From: a virus
Reading direction: 5' to 3' (one strand)
Virus record (IMG/VR): IMGVR_UViG_3300044911_003339
Location: 41,162-105,161 of that record
Length of the DNA stretch: 64,000 bases
The first letter of the stretch is position 1, and every line of letters begins with the position of its first letter. The notes beneath the pieces are model-generated. The model ran no database searches. It was given only the letters and a program-made list of their open reading frames with translations, and was not told where the DNA came from. The position numbers and the translations under genes are program-made. Below, in pieces: positions 1-9,800 of this stretch.

Positions 1-2463
1 AACGAGATCCACGGCGAGCGCGTCCAGGAGATCATCGAAGACCCGAAGGAGCGAGAGAATCTCGCGAAGCAGATCATCATCTCGAACGACGGCTTCATCC
101 TCGATGGGCACCATCGCTGGGCAGCGCTCACGACGATCGACCCGAAGGCGAAGATCAAGACGCTCCATGTGGACATGCCGATGCGCTCTCTGCTGAAGGA
201 GGCGCACGCGTTCGAGGGTGTGGAGTACCAGAAGAGCGAACAGGAGACGGACATGGGCGGCGACCTCATCGACAACCTCGAACTGCTCGCGAAGGGCGAC
301 ACGCTCGTCGGCTTCTACTCGCCCGGTGTCGCTCGCGGCGGCAAGTACTACCGCCGAGTCCCGACCGGGAATCCGAAGCACCCGTGGAGGTACTTCTACA
401 CGGAGGCGGAGTACAAGGACGCGATGAAGGACGCTTCGCACGTCGGCGGGACCGAGGCGAAGCGGGCGCGCGTGAAGAAGCGCGTCTTCGTGAGCGAGAA
501 GGAGGCGCGCGAGAAGTACGGCCTTCCTGGTACGACGAAGGAGCTTCACGCGCCGGACGGGAACTACCCGCCCGAGCGGAAGAAGCTCCACGAGGAGATC
601 ATCTCGCACTTCCTCGACGGCAAGGGGAAGCCCCCCGCAGGCAAGAAGCCCGTCGCGCTGCTCACCGTCGGAGGTCCGGCCGCGGGCAAGTCCACGCTGC
701 TGAAGCACCTCGGCGAGAACCTCGACGATTACGTGATGATCGCCGCCGACGACGTGAAGGAGAAGCTCCCCGAGTTCCAGCGCGCGCTCAACCTCGGGAA
801 TCGCAAGGTGACGCAGCCCGACGGCTCGGTCACGAGCGTGCCAGTCACGGCGAGCCACTCGGGCTGGATGGCGCACGACGAGAGCACGGACATCTCCGAC
901 GAACTGGAGAAGCGCGTCATCGCCTCGGGCAAGTCGGCCATCTTCGACGGCACGGGCAAGAACGTCCCGAAGATGCTCGCGAAGATCGCCGCGCTGAAGA
1001 AGGCCGGCTACCACGTGCGCGTGGTGATGCCGCACGTGCCGATGGGCGAAGCGATCAAGCGGCTGCACTCGCGCTCGGAGGACACGGGCCGCACGCTGCC
1101 CGTCGATGCGGCGATCGACATGCACCGGAAGATTCCGGGCAACTTCGAAGCCATCGCTCGCGCTGCCGACGACTTCTCGCTCTTCAAGTCGGGCAACCCG
1201 CCGAAGCCGATCTGGACGGGCGGCGCGGGTCAGGAGGACAAGATCCACGACCACGAGGAGATGTCGAAGTTCAACCTCGCGCGAGGACTGCACCAGGACA
1301 TCGGCGCAGAGGAGAAGGCGGGCGGAATCTACAAGAAGAGCGAGGACCCCGAAGCGCTCGACGCGACCGGCCCGAAGCAGCCGCACCACACCATGAACGA
1401 GTTCATGGAGATCCTCTCGCGCTGGAACGGCTCCATCGACAACCACGAGGACGGCCGGAGCAAGGTGCCGCACGACGGCGACATCGAGGACGGCCTCGCG
1501 GACGTGATTCCCGACGCGGAGGACGAGACCGTCAAGCACCTGAAGCGTCGTGCTCCGAAGGCCAAGAAGGCGAAGGGCGCTCGCTTCATGGAGCGAGGCG
1601 AGGTCGAGAAGAGCGGCGACCTCATCGACTCGCTGGAAGCTCTCGTGAAGGGCGGCGAGGCTGCGGGGCACAAGCTGGTGCACTCGGAGAATCCGCGTGC
1701 GCACGGAGGAGACGTGACGAAGAGCGACCGCTCGCGTCGCCTGGAGGAGAAGATCATGAGCGACGAGATGCAGAAGGGCCTCTACCAGTTCCAAGGTCTC
1801 GGCTCGGGCGAGGTCCCGGACCAGTACCTCTACGATTACCTCTGCGCGTTCGTCGAAGAGGCGTACGAGCACGAGCGGCAGGAGAAGGTGCACCAGAACA
1901 CGCTCGTGCCGCCGTCGAGCACGGGGGCGAGCATCGAGGACGTGTGGGCGACCGCCGTCTTCAACGAACTCGTCAGCATGATGGGCTCGAACGCGAACCT
2001 GAAGCGCGCGGCGGTGAAGTACAACGTCACGAAGGACGTGATCGCGCACATCCTCCGCAGCAAGGGCCTCGTGCGCCCCTTCTCCGACGCCGGCACGTGG
2101 ACGAGCGACTACGACTCGATGCGCGCGATGGACGGCGAGGGCGTCACGCGCCCGCTCGTGCTCTCCGAGTCGGCCCGCGCGCAGTACCGCGACATCGTGC
2201 CGGATCCGTTCGGGCACAACGTCGGAGTCGCGCTCGCGAAGGCCGAGCCCGCGCCGACCGCGCCGCTCTTCATCGACGATTCCCACGACCCGCACGGGAA
2301 TCTCGCGAAGGCCGAGCGTGCTCGCCTCGCACTCGTGGACTACCGGCAGAACGCCGAGTGGCGGCCGAACGTCTCGCCGACGTGTATGATCCACGGCAGC
2401 GCGGATCTCACGAAGTCGATGAATCTCTCGAACCCGCACGCTCGCTGCACCTGCCCGCGCTGA
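1..2463 (+). CDS. Multi-domain head-associated protein (5' partial): ParB/Srx-like domain + zeta-toxin-like P-loop kinase
   Basis: Frame of ORF 169..2463 is open back to base 1 (NEIHGERVQ...IIISNDGFILDGHHRWAAL, ParB/Srx DGHHR motif). Further on: GGPAAGKST Walker A, DDVKEKLPEF, HDES, IFDGTG, typical of zeta toxin/AAA_33 kinases. Lies directly upstream of the portal. Confidence 0.8.
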   Translation, partial: NEIHGERVQEIIEDPKERENLAKQIIISNDGFILDGHHRWAALTTIDPKAKIKTLHVDMPMRSLLKEAHAFEGVEYQKSEQETDMGGDLIDNLELLAKGDTLVGFYSPGVARGGKYYRRVPTGNPKHPWRYFYTEAEYKDAMKDASHVGGTEAKRARVKKRVFVSEKEAREKYGLPGTTKELHAPDGNYPPERKKLHEEIISHFLDGKGKPPAGKKPVALLTVGGPAAGKSTLLKHLGENLDDYVMIAADDVKEKLPEFQRALNLGNRKVTQPDGSVTSVPVTASHSGWMAHDESTDISDELEKRVIASGKSAIFDGTGKNVPKMLAKIAALKKAGYHVRVVMPHVPMGEAIKRLHSRSEDTGRTLPVDAAIDMHRKIPGNFEAIARAADDFSLFKSGNPPKPIWTGGAGQEDKIHDHEEMSKFNLARGLHQDIGAEEKAGGIYKKSEDPEALDATGPKQPHHTMNEFMEILSRWNGSIDNHEDGRSKVPHDGDIEDGLADVIPDAEDETVKHLKRRAPKAKKAKGARFMERGEVEKSGDLIDSLEALVKGGEAAGHKLVHSENPRAHGGDVTKSDRSRRLEEKIMSDEMQKGLYQFQGLGSGEVPDQYLYDYLCAFVEEAYEHERQEKVHQNTLVPPSSTGASIEDVWATAVFNELVSMMGSNANLKRAAVKYNVTKDVIAHILRSKGLVRPFSDAGTWTSDYDSMRAMDGEGVTRPLVLSESARAQYRDIVPDPFGHNVGVALAKAEPAPTAPLFIDDSHDPHGNLAKAERARLALVDYRQNAEWRPNVSPTCMIHGSADLTKSMNLSNPHARCTCPR

Positions 2464-2499
2464 ACGCGCAGGAGTCGCCCCGAGGCGTAGAGGAGACGC

Positions 2500-4299
2500 A
2501 TGGGCCTGTTCGACAAGTTCAAGGATGGATTCGAAGCGCTCGCGAAGGCGCTCGGCGAATCCGAGGAAGACGGCGAGGACATCCCCTTCGACAAGATGCG
2601 GGATGCCCTCGTGCGTTCAGGTCTCGCGGAACCGACGGAGGAGAAGCCGCGCGCGCTCTTCCACGATCCCTACGCGGTCACGGACTGGGGAGGCTGGCGA
2701 GAGCGACCGTCGTCGATGACGTACGAGACGCTTCGCATGATGAGCGTGAAGAACACGGTCATCGCCTCCATCATCCAGATCCGGTGTAATCAGGTCGCGC
2801 AGTTCGGTCGGCCTCAGCAGGGCCCGTACGACAAGGGCTACCGGATCATCCCGCGCGACAGGCGGGACAAGAAGAAGGTGCTCACGCCCGCGGAGAAGAA
2901 GCAGGCCGCGGAGATCGAGCGGATGCTGGAGACGACGGGCTTCCTCCTGCCCGGCGAGAAGCCCGCGGATCGCGACAGCTTCCGCACCTTCTTGCGGAAG
3001 GCCACGCGCGACATCCTCACCTACGACCAGTGGGCGTTCGAGAAGATTCGCGACCGCAAGGGTCGCGTCTCGCGCTTCATCGCGCTCCCCTCAGAGAGCA
3101 TCCGGCCGGCGAGCGCGGACATCGAGCACATGGACGTGAAGTCCCTGCGCGAGCGCGTCTCGCACGTCCAGGTCTACGAGGACACGCCGATCGCCGAGTT
3201 CAGCCCCGAGGACATCGCGTGGTGCGTGATGAATCCTCGCTCCGACCTGCGCGCGAACGGCTTCGGCTTCTCGTACATCGAGATGCTCGTCTCGCTCGTG
3301 ACCGCGTGGCTCTACGGGTTCGAGTACAACCAGCGATTCTTCATGCAGGGCAGCGCCATCAAGGGCATCCTGAACGTGAAGGGCGCGATTCCCGATCGTC
3401 AGCTTCGTGCGTTCCGACGCATGTGGTATTCGATGGTCTCGGGCGTGAGCAACGCGTGGAAGACGCCGATCCTCAACAGCGAGGATCTCCAGTGGGTCCC
3501 GCTCCACGTGAACAACCGCGAGATGGAGTACGGGCAGTGGATGGACTGGCTCACGAAGCTCACGTGCGCCGTGTTCGGAATCGATCCCGTCGAGATCAAC
3601 TTCATCTTCGGCAACAGCGGGCAGTCGTCGTCGCTGAACCAGTCGCGCCCGAACGCGGCGGAGGTCCAGGAGTCGAAGGACAAGGGCCTCGTGCCTCTCA
3701 TGGACCACATCGCCGACAACCTGAACATGCACATCATCTGGGAACTCGCACCAGATTTCGAGTTCGCCTTCACGGGCTTCGACGCGCAGGCCGAGGAGAA
3801 GGAGCAGGAGGGTCGCATCAAGGCGGTCACGAACTACAAGATGATCGACGAGGTGCGCGCGCTCTACGAAGACGATCCGCTGCCGAACGGCATGGGCCAA
3901 CTGATTCTGAATCCGACCTACATGCAGTGGGCGATGCAGAAGGAGCAGGCCGCGATGGGCGGACCTCCCGGTGGAGGTGAGGGCGACATGGGCATGGGCG
4001 ATCCCGACGCGCTGCCCTCCACAGCACCGGGCAACGACGAGGAAGACCTCGCAGGGCCTCCCCAGAAGGGCCCGCCCAAGCCCGGCCAGCCCCCGAAGGG
4101 TCCGCAGGGCCCGCAACCCCCGAAGGGCGCGCAGAAGCCCCCAGGGAAGCCCTTCGGCTCCCCCGGTGAGGAAGCGCTCCAGGCGTCAGCCTTCGTCGAG
4201 CGCACGGCGCGTGGCATCCTCCGCAAGTCCCGCGTACACACGCGCACCGAAGGCGGGCGGGAAATCATCGACATCGAACTGCCGGAGGATCCGACATGA
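2500..4299 (+). CDS. Portal protein (SPO1/Twort-like)
   Basis: Motifs IIQIRCNQV..F, DILTYDQ..FE, NPRSDL..GFGFS.IE, YNQRFF.QG..KGIL, MEY..W...L...CAVFGIDP.EINF and SKDKGL.PL match Herelleviridae-type portals; RBS GAGGAG; Pro/Gly-rich C-terminal tail. Confidence 0.92.
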   Translation: MGLFDKFKDGFEALAKALGESEEDGEDIPFDKMRDALVRSGLAEPTEEKPRALFHDPYAVTDWGGWRERPSSMTYETLRMMSVKNTVIASIIQIRCNQVAQFGRPQQGPYDKGYRIIPRDRRDKKKVLTPAEKKQAAEIERMLETTGFLLPGEKPADRDSFRTFLRKATRDILTYDQWAFEKIRDRKGRVSRFIALPSESIRPASADIEHMDVKSLRERVSHVQVYEDTPIAEFSPEDIAWCVMNPRSDLRANGFGFSYIEMLVSLVTAWLYGFEYNQRFFMQGSAIKGILNVKGAIPDRQLRAFRRMWYSMVSGVSNAWKTPILNSEDLQWVPLHVNNREMEYGQWMDWLTKLTCAVFGIDPVEINFIFGNSGQSSSLNQSRPNAAEVQESKDKGLVPLMDHIADNLNMHIIWELAPDFEFAFTGFDAQAEEKEQEGRIKAVTNYKMIDEVRALYEDDPLPNGMGQLILNPTYMQWAMQKEQAAMGGPPGGGEGDMGMGDPDALPSTAPGNDEEDLAGPPQKGPPKPGQPPKGPQGPQPPKGAQKPPGKPFGSPGEEALQASAFVERTARGILRKSRVHTRTEGGREIIDIELPEDPT

Positions 4300-5060
4300 G
4301 CGTCCGCACCTTCCTCGACATGAGCTTCCAGATCGGACTGGAGAACAGTCTCGACGATTCGCTGTTCGAGCGCACGAACTCGCAGCTTCTCGACACGCTT
4401 GACCACGCAACCGGAGGTGTCGTGTCGCTCGCGGCGCTTCAGACGAACGTCACGCTGCCCTTCGGCGACGTGACCGAGGCGCGAATCCTCTACATCGAGG
4501 CCGAGGACGGCGACGTGCGCTTCACGCTCGGCGGCGGGCTCGCGACCTCGGGGCGTATCGACGCCGTGGGCGCGGCCTACCCGACGGGCTTCGTCGGCGC
4601 AGAGACGCTCGACTTCGAAGTGGACGCCACGGCGATCGCCGTGACCTTCACGTCGGGAGACCAGACGATCACGCAGGTCATCAACCGTATCAACGCGGCG
4701 TGCGCGCTCGCGGGATTCGCCACGCCGATCGCGAAGGTGAGCGCGGGGCAGCTTCGCCTCGAAAGCCCGACGACGGGCACGTCTTCGTCGATCGAGATCA
4801 TCGGAGGCACAGGCCGCGCGACGCTCGGCCTCCCCGCTCCCTCCACCATCAACTCAGGTGCGAACTCGACGCCCGGCACGAGCCCCGTGGAGCTTCGTCG
4901 TCCCGCGGACCCCGCGGGCGCGAGCGCCGCGGCAGGCGTGAAGGCGATCTTCTTCGGCACCGTGAAGACGAGCAGCATCGTCATGGAGAATCTCTCCGAC
5001 AACGTGACGAAGGTGCGCTGGGCGATCGCGGGAGACCTCACGACCGACGACGCGTGCTGA
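4296..5060 (+). CDS. Hypothetical virion structural protein
   Basis: ATGA overlap with the portal stop; Gly/Thr/Ala-rich beta-type composition; typical codon usage. Confidence 0.7.
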   Translation: MSVRTFLDMSFQIGLENSLDDSLFERTNSQLLDTLDHATGGVVSLAALQTNVTLPFGDVTEARILYIEAEDGDVRFTLGGGLATSGRIDAVGAAYPTGFVGAETLDFEVDATAIAVTFTSGDQTITQVINRINAACALAGFATPIAKVSAGQLRLESPTTGTSSSIEIIGGTGRATLGLPAPSTINSGANSTPGTSPVELRRPADPAGASAAAGVKAIFFGTVKTSSIVMENLSDNVTKVRWAIAGDLTTDDAC

Positions 5061-5070
5061 CGGAGGTCCC

Positions 5071-6885
5071 GTGGCTCGCGTACGCATCGAAGCCCCCGAG
5101 GGACTGGACCGACTGACGCTCGCGCAGATCGTCGTCGGTCCTCACCTGCTTCTGAAGTCCCAGCACGTCCGGCATGCCGGCGAGCGGACGTTCTCGCGCT
5201 ACGTCGCGCTCCAGGAGTTGAACGAGCACGTCGTGAAGTCGTTCGAGGAGACGCTGAAGCAAGCGCTGAAGCGCGCGGACGATTACATGCAGCGCACGGT
5301 GCTGCTCGCCGACGTGGGGCTGCGGAAGGCGGACGAGCACCTCCCCGCGTTCCCTCCGCTCTTCACGCCCGAGCAGATGGAGGCGGTGCGCCGCATCCTC
5401 ACCGATCACGTGCACGGCTTCATCGCGACGACCGTGGATCCGAATCTTCTCTCGCAGCACGAGGTCGCGCGCCTGATCGCCGAGGGAGTGATTCCCGCGT
5501 CGATGAGCTACGTGTTCCAGGCCGAGCCGGGGCAGGAGGCTCCTCTCGCCGAGGACTGGATCGGAGCGGCCTACACCTACGGCGCGATGCTCGGCTCGAT
5601 GCGAGAGGGCGATGACGCCGCCTACGTGAAGTCGCTGTCGTGGCCGACGTTCGCCAAGAAGCAGAAGGCACAGCCGCTCGTGCTGACCCCGCACGAGCAG
5701 GCCGCGCTCGACGTGGCGAAGCACAGCGCGGGCATCCACTGCCGCGGGCTCGGGAACGAAGTCGCCGACGACTTCTCGACGATCGCCATCGACACGGACC
5801 GCGCGCTGCGGAAGCGATTCGAGCACGAGATCCAGACCTCGACCGAGGCGAACATCGCGCGCCGCGACGCGTGGCGGAAGCTCGCGAGCGACCTCGGGCA
5901 CAAGACCGGGGACTGGGCGCGAGGCTTCGGGCGCATCGCCGCGACCGAGAAGCAGCGCGCGTTCCAGGAGGGATTCTCCACGACGCTGAAGAAGCGCGAG
6001 AAGAAGCGCCCCGAGGACGTGCGCGTCGCCAAGCTCCCGGCACCCGACGCGTGCCCCGACTGCGTGCGCCTGCACCTCACCGCAGGTCCCGGTTCCAAGC
6101 CGCGCATCTTCTCGCTCGCAGACCTGGAGGCCAACGGCTCGAACATCGGCGTGAAGCGCGCCTCGTGGAAGGCCGTCGTCGGGCCGGTGCATCCGTGGTG
6201 CGGGTGCGAACTCGTGCACGTGCCCGACGGCTGGGATTTCGACGACGAGAACAAGCTCATGCCCACGAAGCTCGAACGCAGCGCACGCCTGGAGGCGGAC
6301 CTGCGGAAGAGCGCGGACAAGCAGCGACACCTGACCTACAGGGAATCGGTTCCCGAGAAGGGCATCGTCGTTCGCGTCGGCGACCCGCTCACGCGAGCGG
6401 AGATCGACAAGGTGATCGCGCGCACGCCCGAAGTGCTGTTCGACCACAAGGTCGGCGTCACGCTCATCACGACCGATCTGCCGACGGTGCAGAACGTGCT
6501 CGACCCGCACGATCTCGCCTACTGGACGGGCAACGAGATTCGCCTCTCGCAGACTCTCGCGCCCGAGCGCGTGAACCTCGTGCTCATGCACGAGTTCGGT
6601 CACGCGCTGAACGTGTTCCTCTACCAGAAGTTCGACGAGAACACGGACCGCGTGCGCGCGTGGCACGACGCCCTGTTCGCCATCGCGAAGGTCGAGGGCT
6701 TCGTCTCCGATTACGCGACCCGCGAGCCGATCGAGAACGCAGCCGAGGTGACCCGGCTCTACCTCTACGACCGGCCGAAGCTCATGCGGGAGTTCCCGCG
6801 GCAGTTCGCCTTCTGCCAGAAGGACTACCGCGACATCCTCCCGCCCTGGAAGTGGAGGAACGATGGCGATTCTAAAGATCGCTGA
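5071..6885 (+). CDS. MuF/SPP1 gp7-like head morphogenesis protein with C-terminal zincin metallopeptidase
   Basis: RIAATEKQRA, CPDC and GPVHPWCGC (MuF HPxCxC motif); C-terminal HEFGH...FVSDYA....ENAAE zincin signature; GTG start after GGAGG. Confidence 0.85.
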   Translation: MARVRIEAPEGLDRLTLAQIVVGPHLLLKSQHVRHAGERTFSRYVALQELNEHVVKSFEETLKQALKRADDYMQRTVLLADVGLRKADEHLPAFPPLFTPEQMEAVRRILTDHVHGFIATTVDPNLLSQHEVARLIAEGVIPASMSYVFQAEPGQEAPLAEDWIGAAYTYGAMLGSMREGDDAAYVKSLSWPTFAKKQKAQPLVLTPHEQAALDVAKHSAGIHCRGLGNEVADDFSTIAIDTDRALRKRFEHEIQTSTEANIARRDAWRKLASDLGHKTGDWARGFGRIAATEKQRAFQEGFSTTLKKREKKRPEDVRVAKLPAPDACPDCVRLHLTAGPGSKPRIFSLADLEANGSNIGVKRASWKAVVGPVHPWCGCELVHVPDGWDFDDENKLMPTKLERSARLEADLRKSADKQRHLTYRESVPEKGIVVRVGDPLTRAEIDKVIARTPEVLFDHKVGVTLITTDLPTVQNVLDPHDLAYWTGNEIRLSQTLAPERVNLVLMHEFGHALNVFLYQKFDENTDRVRAWHDALFAIAKVEGFVSDYATREPIENAAEVTRLYLYDRPKLMREFPRQFAFCQKDYRDILPPWKWRNDGDSKDR

Positions 6886-9800
6886 TCTCGTGAAGAGCGG
6901 AGGTCCGTACATCGGGCCGAAGGGCGGTGTGTGGGCCGACCCGCAGCACACGGTGCCGTGGAAATCGGATCATGAGGACACCACCTCTCACTTGTTCCAC
7001 TCCACGCCCGCGTACGCGATGAGCCGGATCAAGCGGGAAGGTCTTGCTCCGCGCAAGGGCGCAGGTCTCTTCCAGCACGGCGGCTACGATCTGCACTCGC
7101 AAGGCAAGGTGTTCCTCTCGAACAACCTCTACGCGGCGAAGCAGTGGCACAGCAAGGTCGAGGCTCAACTCGAACACCACCACGATAATCCGAAGCACCA
7201 CGTTGCAGTCATGCTTCGTGTGAAGCCTCGGGAGACGCATCTCGACGATGTTGGAGACCGCGATGTGAGCGGCTCTCGCTTCGTGCGCGACGTTGTGCCT
7301 GCAACCGACATCGAGTTCTTCCACGAAGGTACGAAGCGCTGGAAGCCGGTGAAGGATTACAAGCACGGCACGCACGGTATCCCGGACGACCACTACGAAG
7401 CTCACGCGCCGCGCGACGAAGAGGCAGACGCCGCCGAGAAGGCCGCAGCGAAAGAGGCACGACGCGCGAAGCGCGAAGCCGAGGAGCAGGCGACTCGCGC
7501 GCGGCTCGCGGCGCTCCAGGAGGAGCGCGCGAAGCGCGAGGCTGCGGAAGCGCAGGTTCACTTCAGGGATTCTGACGAAGGCAAGGCAATCCTCACGCGC
7601 TGGAAGGGCCTCTCCCCCGAAGAGCGTCAGGCGAAGGCGAAGCGCATCCTCGACGCGCCCCGCCCTTTCCCCGGCGCTCCCTCGATGCTGTCGCTCGGGC
7701 AGCGAGGCGAGGTGTGGCGCGAAGCTCTCGGAGTCGATGAGAAAGGGAATCTCGTGAAGTCGCGATTCATCATCAAGGCAGGCCCCTCAGGTGGGGGTTG
7801 GATGCCGATCCCCGGAGGCCACCACGGAGGGCTTCGGCGACGACACGGCGCGGGCTGGGAGTACTGGTACCCGAACGGAGCCCCGCACTTCGTGCTCCGC
7901 GAGCAGAAGCACCCCGAGGAGCAGCACGGGCACGAGCAGATCGACCCGGAGCCCTCGCACTGGGCCCTCGTCACGCCCGGCCCCGGCCTGCCCCCGGTCG
8001 GGTGGACCGCGGGCGGCGTGAACCCGCACGACACGAAGACCCCCGTGAAGGAGGCCGGTGTCTCGGGGAAGCTCTACCGCATCAAGAATCCGCACATCCG
8101 AGAAGGCTGGGCGCTGCTCACCGACGTGCGCTCGGGCGAGGACCACATGGTCCAGCACGACCGCGTGATGCCCGTTCGGTGGCTTTCGCCCGAAGAGAGG
8201 GCTCTCCAGGGCTCTACAGAGCCTCAGGAGCCGTTTTCGACCTGGAAGCCAGGGGTGGGTCCCTCCAAGCGCCCGAGCGGCGGAGGGGCGTCTGAGGGCA
8301 AGCGGATGCCCTCCTTCCCCGACTCCCGAGCGCTGCCCGGAACCGAGACGCACAAGCTGGAGAACGGCGCGTACGTCTGGCGCAAGGTCACGCGGTACGA
8401 AGCCGACGAGGACGGCACCACTCGCAAGGTCGAGCGGCTCGCGCCTGGAATCCCCGACTCCGACAAGATCGCGCTCATCGCAGAGTACGAGGGCCTCGTC
8501 GCCAAGACGGCGAAGCGCGTGCGCAGCGCGTTCGGGCTCAGCGCCCGCCTCTCCACCGGCCCCGGTCAGCGCACGGTGGACGACACGCTCGTCGAGCTTC
8601 GGCAGGCCGGCGTGGAGGGTCTGCTCCACGCCATCGACAGCTATCGCCCCGTGGGCCCGTTTGCAGCGCACGCCCAGCAGTACGTTCGCGATTACGCGCG
8701 TCTCCACGCCGCACGGGAGTTCGCGGGAGGCATCGCGATCCCGCGGCGGCATGCGCGCCTGCTCTCGTCCTACATCGCGGCCCGCGCAGAGGCCGCGCGC
8801 GTGAGCGGAAGCCACGACCCGAGCCCCGAGGTGGTCGCGGAGTTCTGGAAGCCGAAGAAGCGGGACCTGCACTCGGGCCTCTCGCCCGAGGAAGGCGGAG
8901 GAACGATTCCTCTCGCTGGCTACACGCTGAAGCGCAAGACGACCTCGACCGATCCCGAGACGGGCAAGAAGAAGACGACCGTCGAGGGCGAGGACGTGGT
9001 GCAGCAGCCCGGCCGCCTGGAGTGGGCGCAGCAGTTCCACGCGTTCCTCGTCGGGCAGGGAGGCATGGCGGACATCGACGAGCAGGCCGCGCTGTTCCCC
9101 GGCCTCGGCGTCGGCACGGGGCTCGGCGCGGACGAGCGCATCGCCGTGCGCGAGGCGATGATGCGCGCGCTCCCTCCCGACGGGACGATCGTCACGGTCC
9201 AGGCGGGCCCGCAGGCCCAGTTCCGCGGCGAGACCTGGAAGGCGATCGACCTCGCCCTCGGGCTCTCGTCGGGCGATCCGCTGCCTCTCGACGAAGTGGT
9301 CCGTCGCGTGCCCGTCGAGGGATCGCGCGGAGGTGAGTGGAAGCGTCTCGGAAGCTCGCGAGCGCGCGCCGCGATCGAGGCGCTCATCCGCGACGGCCTG
9401 AACACGGTCGCGCGTCACCTGCGAGGCGACGAGGACCGAGCAGCGTCGCTCGCGCAGGCCCTCGTGACGAAGCTCGTGCCGACCGAGGCTCCGAAGGAGC
9501 GGCTCCCCACGATGCGAGAGCGAATCCGCGCTGCGATGGCCCGCATCACCCCGGCCGAGGTGCAGCGCTGGCGCGAGGAGACGCGAGCGCGCTACCCCGA
9601 GCGGCCCGACATCGGCCGACGGATGTCTCGTGTCACCGATTCCGAAGCGAAGCGCCGCATCGTCGAGGAGCGCATCGCCGCAGCCCCGCTCACGCCCGAG
9701 ATGCACGAGGCGATGCTCCGCACGATGACGGCGATTCGCCAGGGCGTCTCGGCCTCGGGCCAGAACGTCTTCGGCGTCGTGGACCCGAAGGGGTCGAAGA

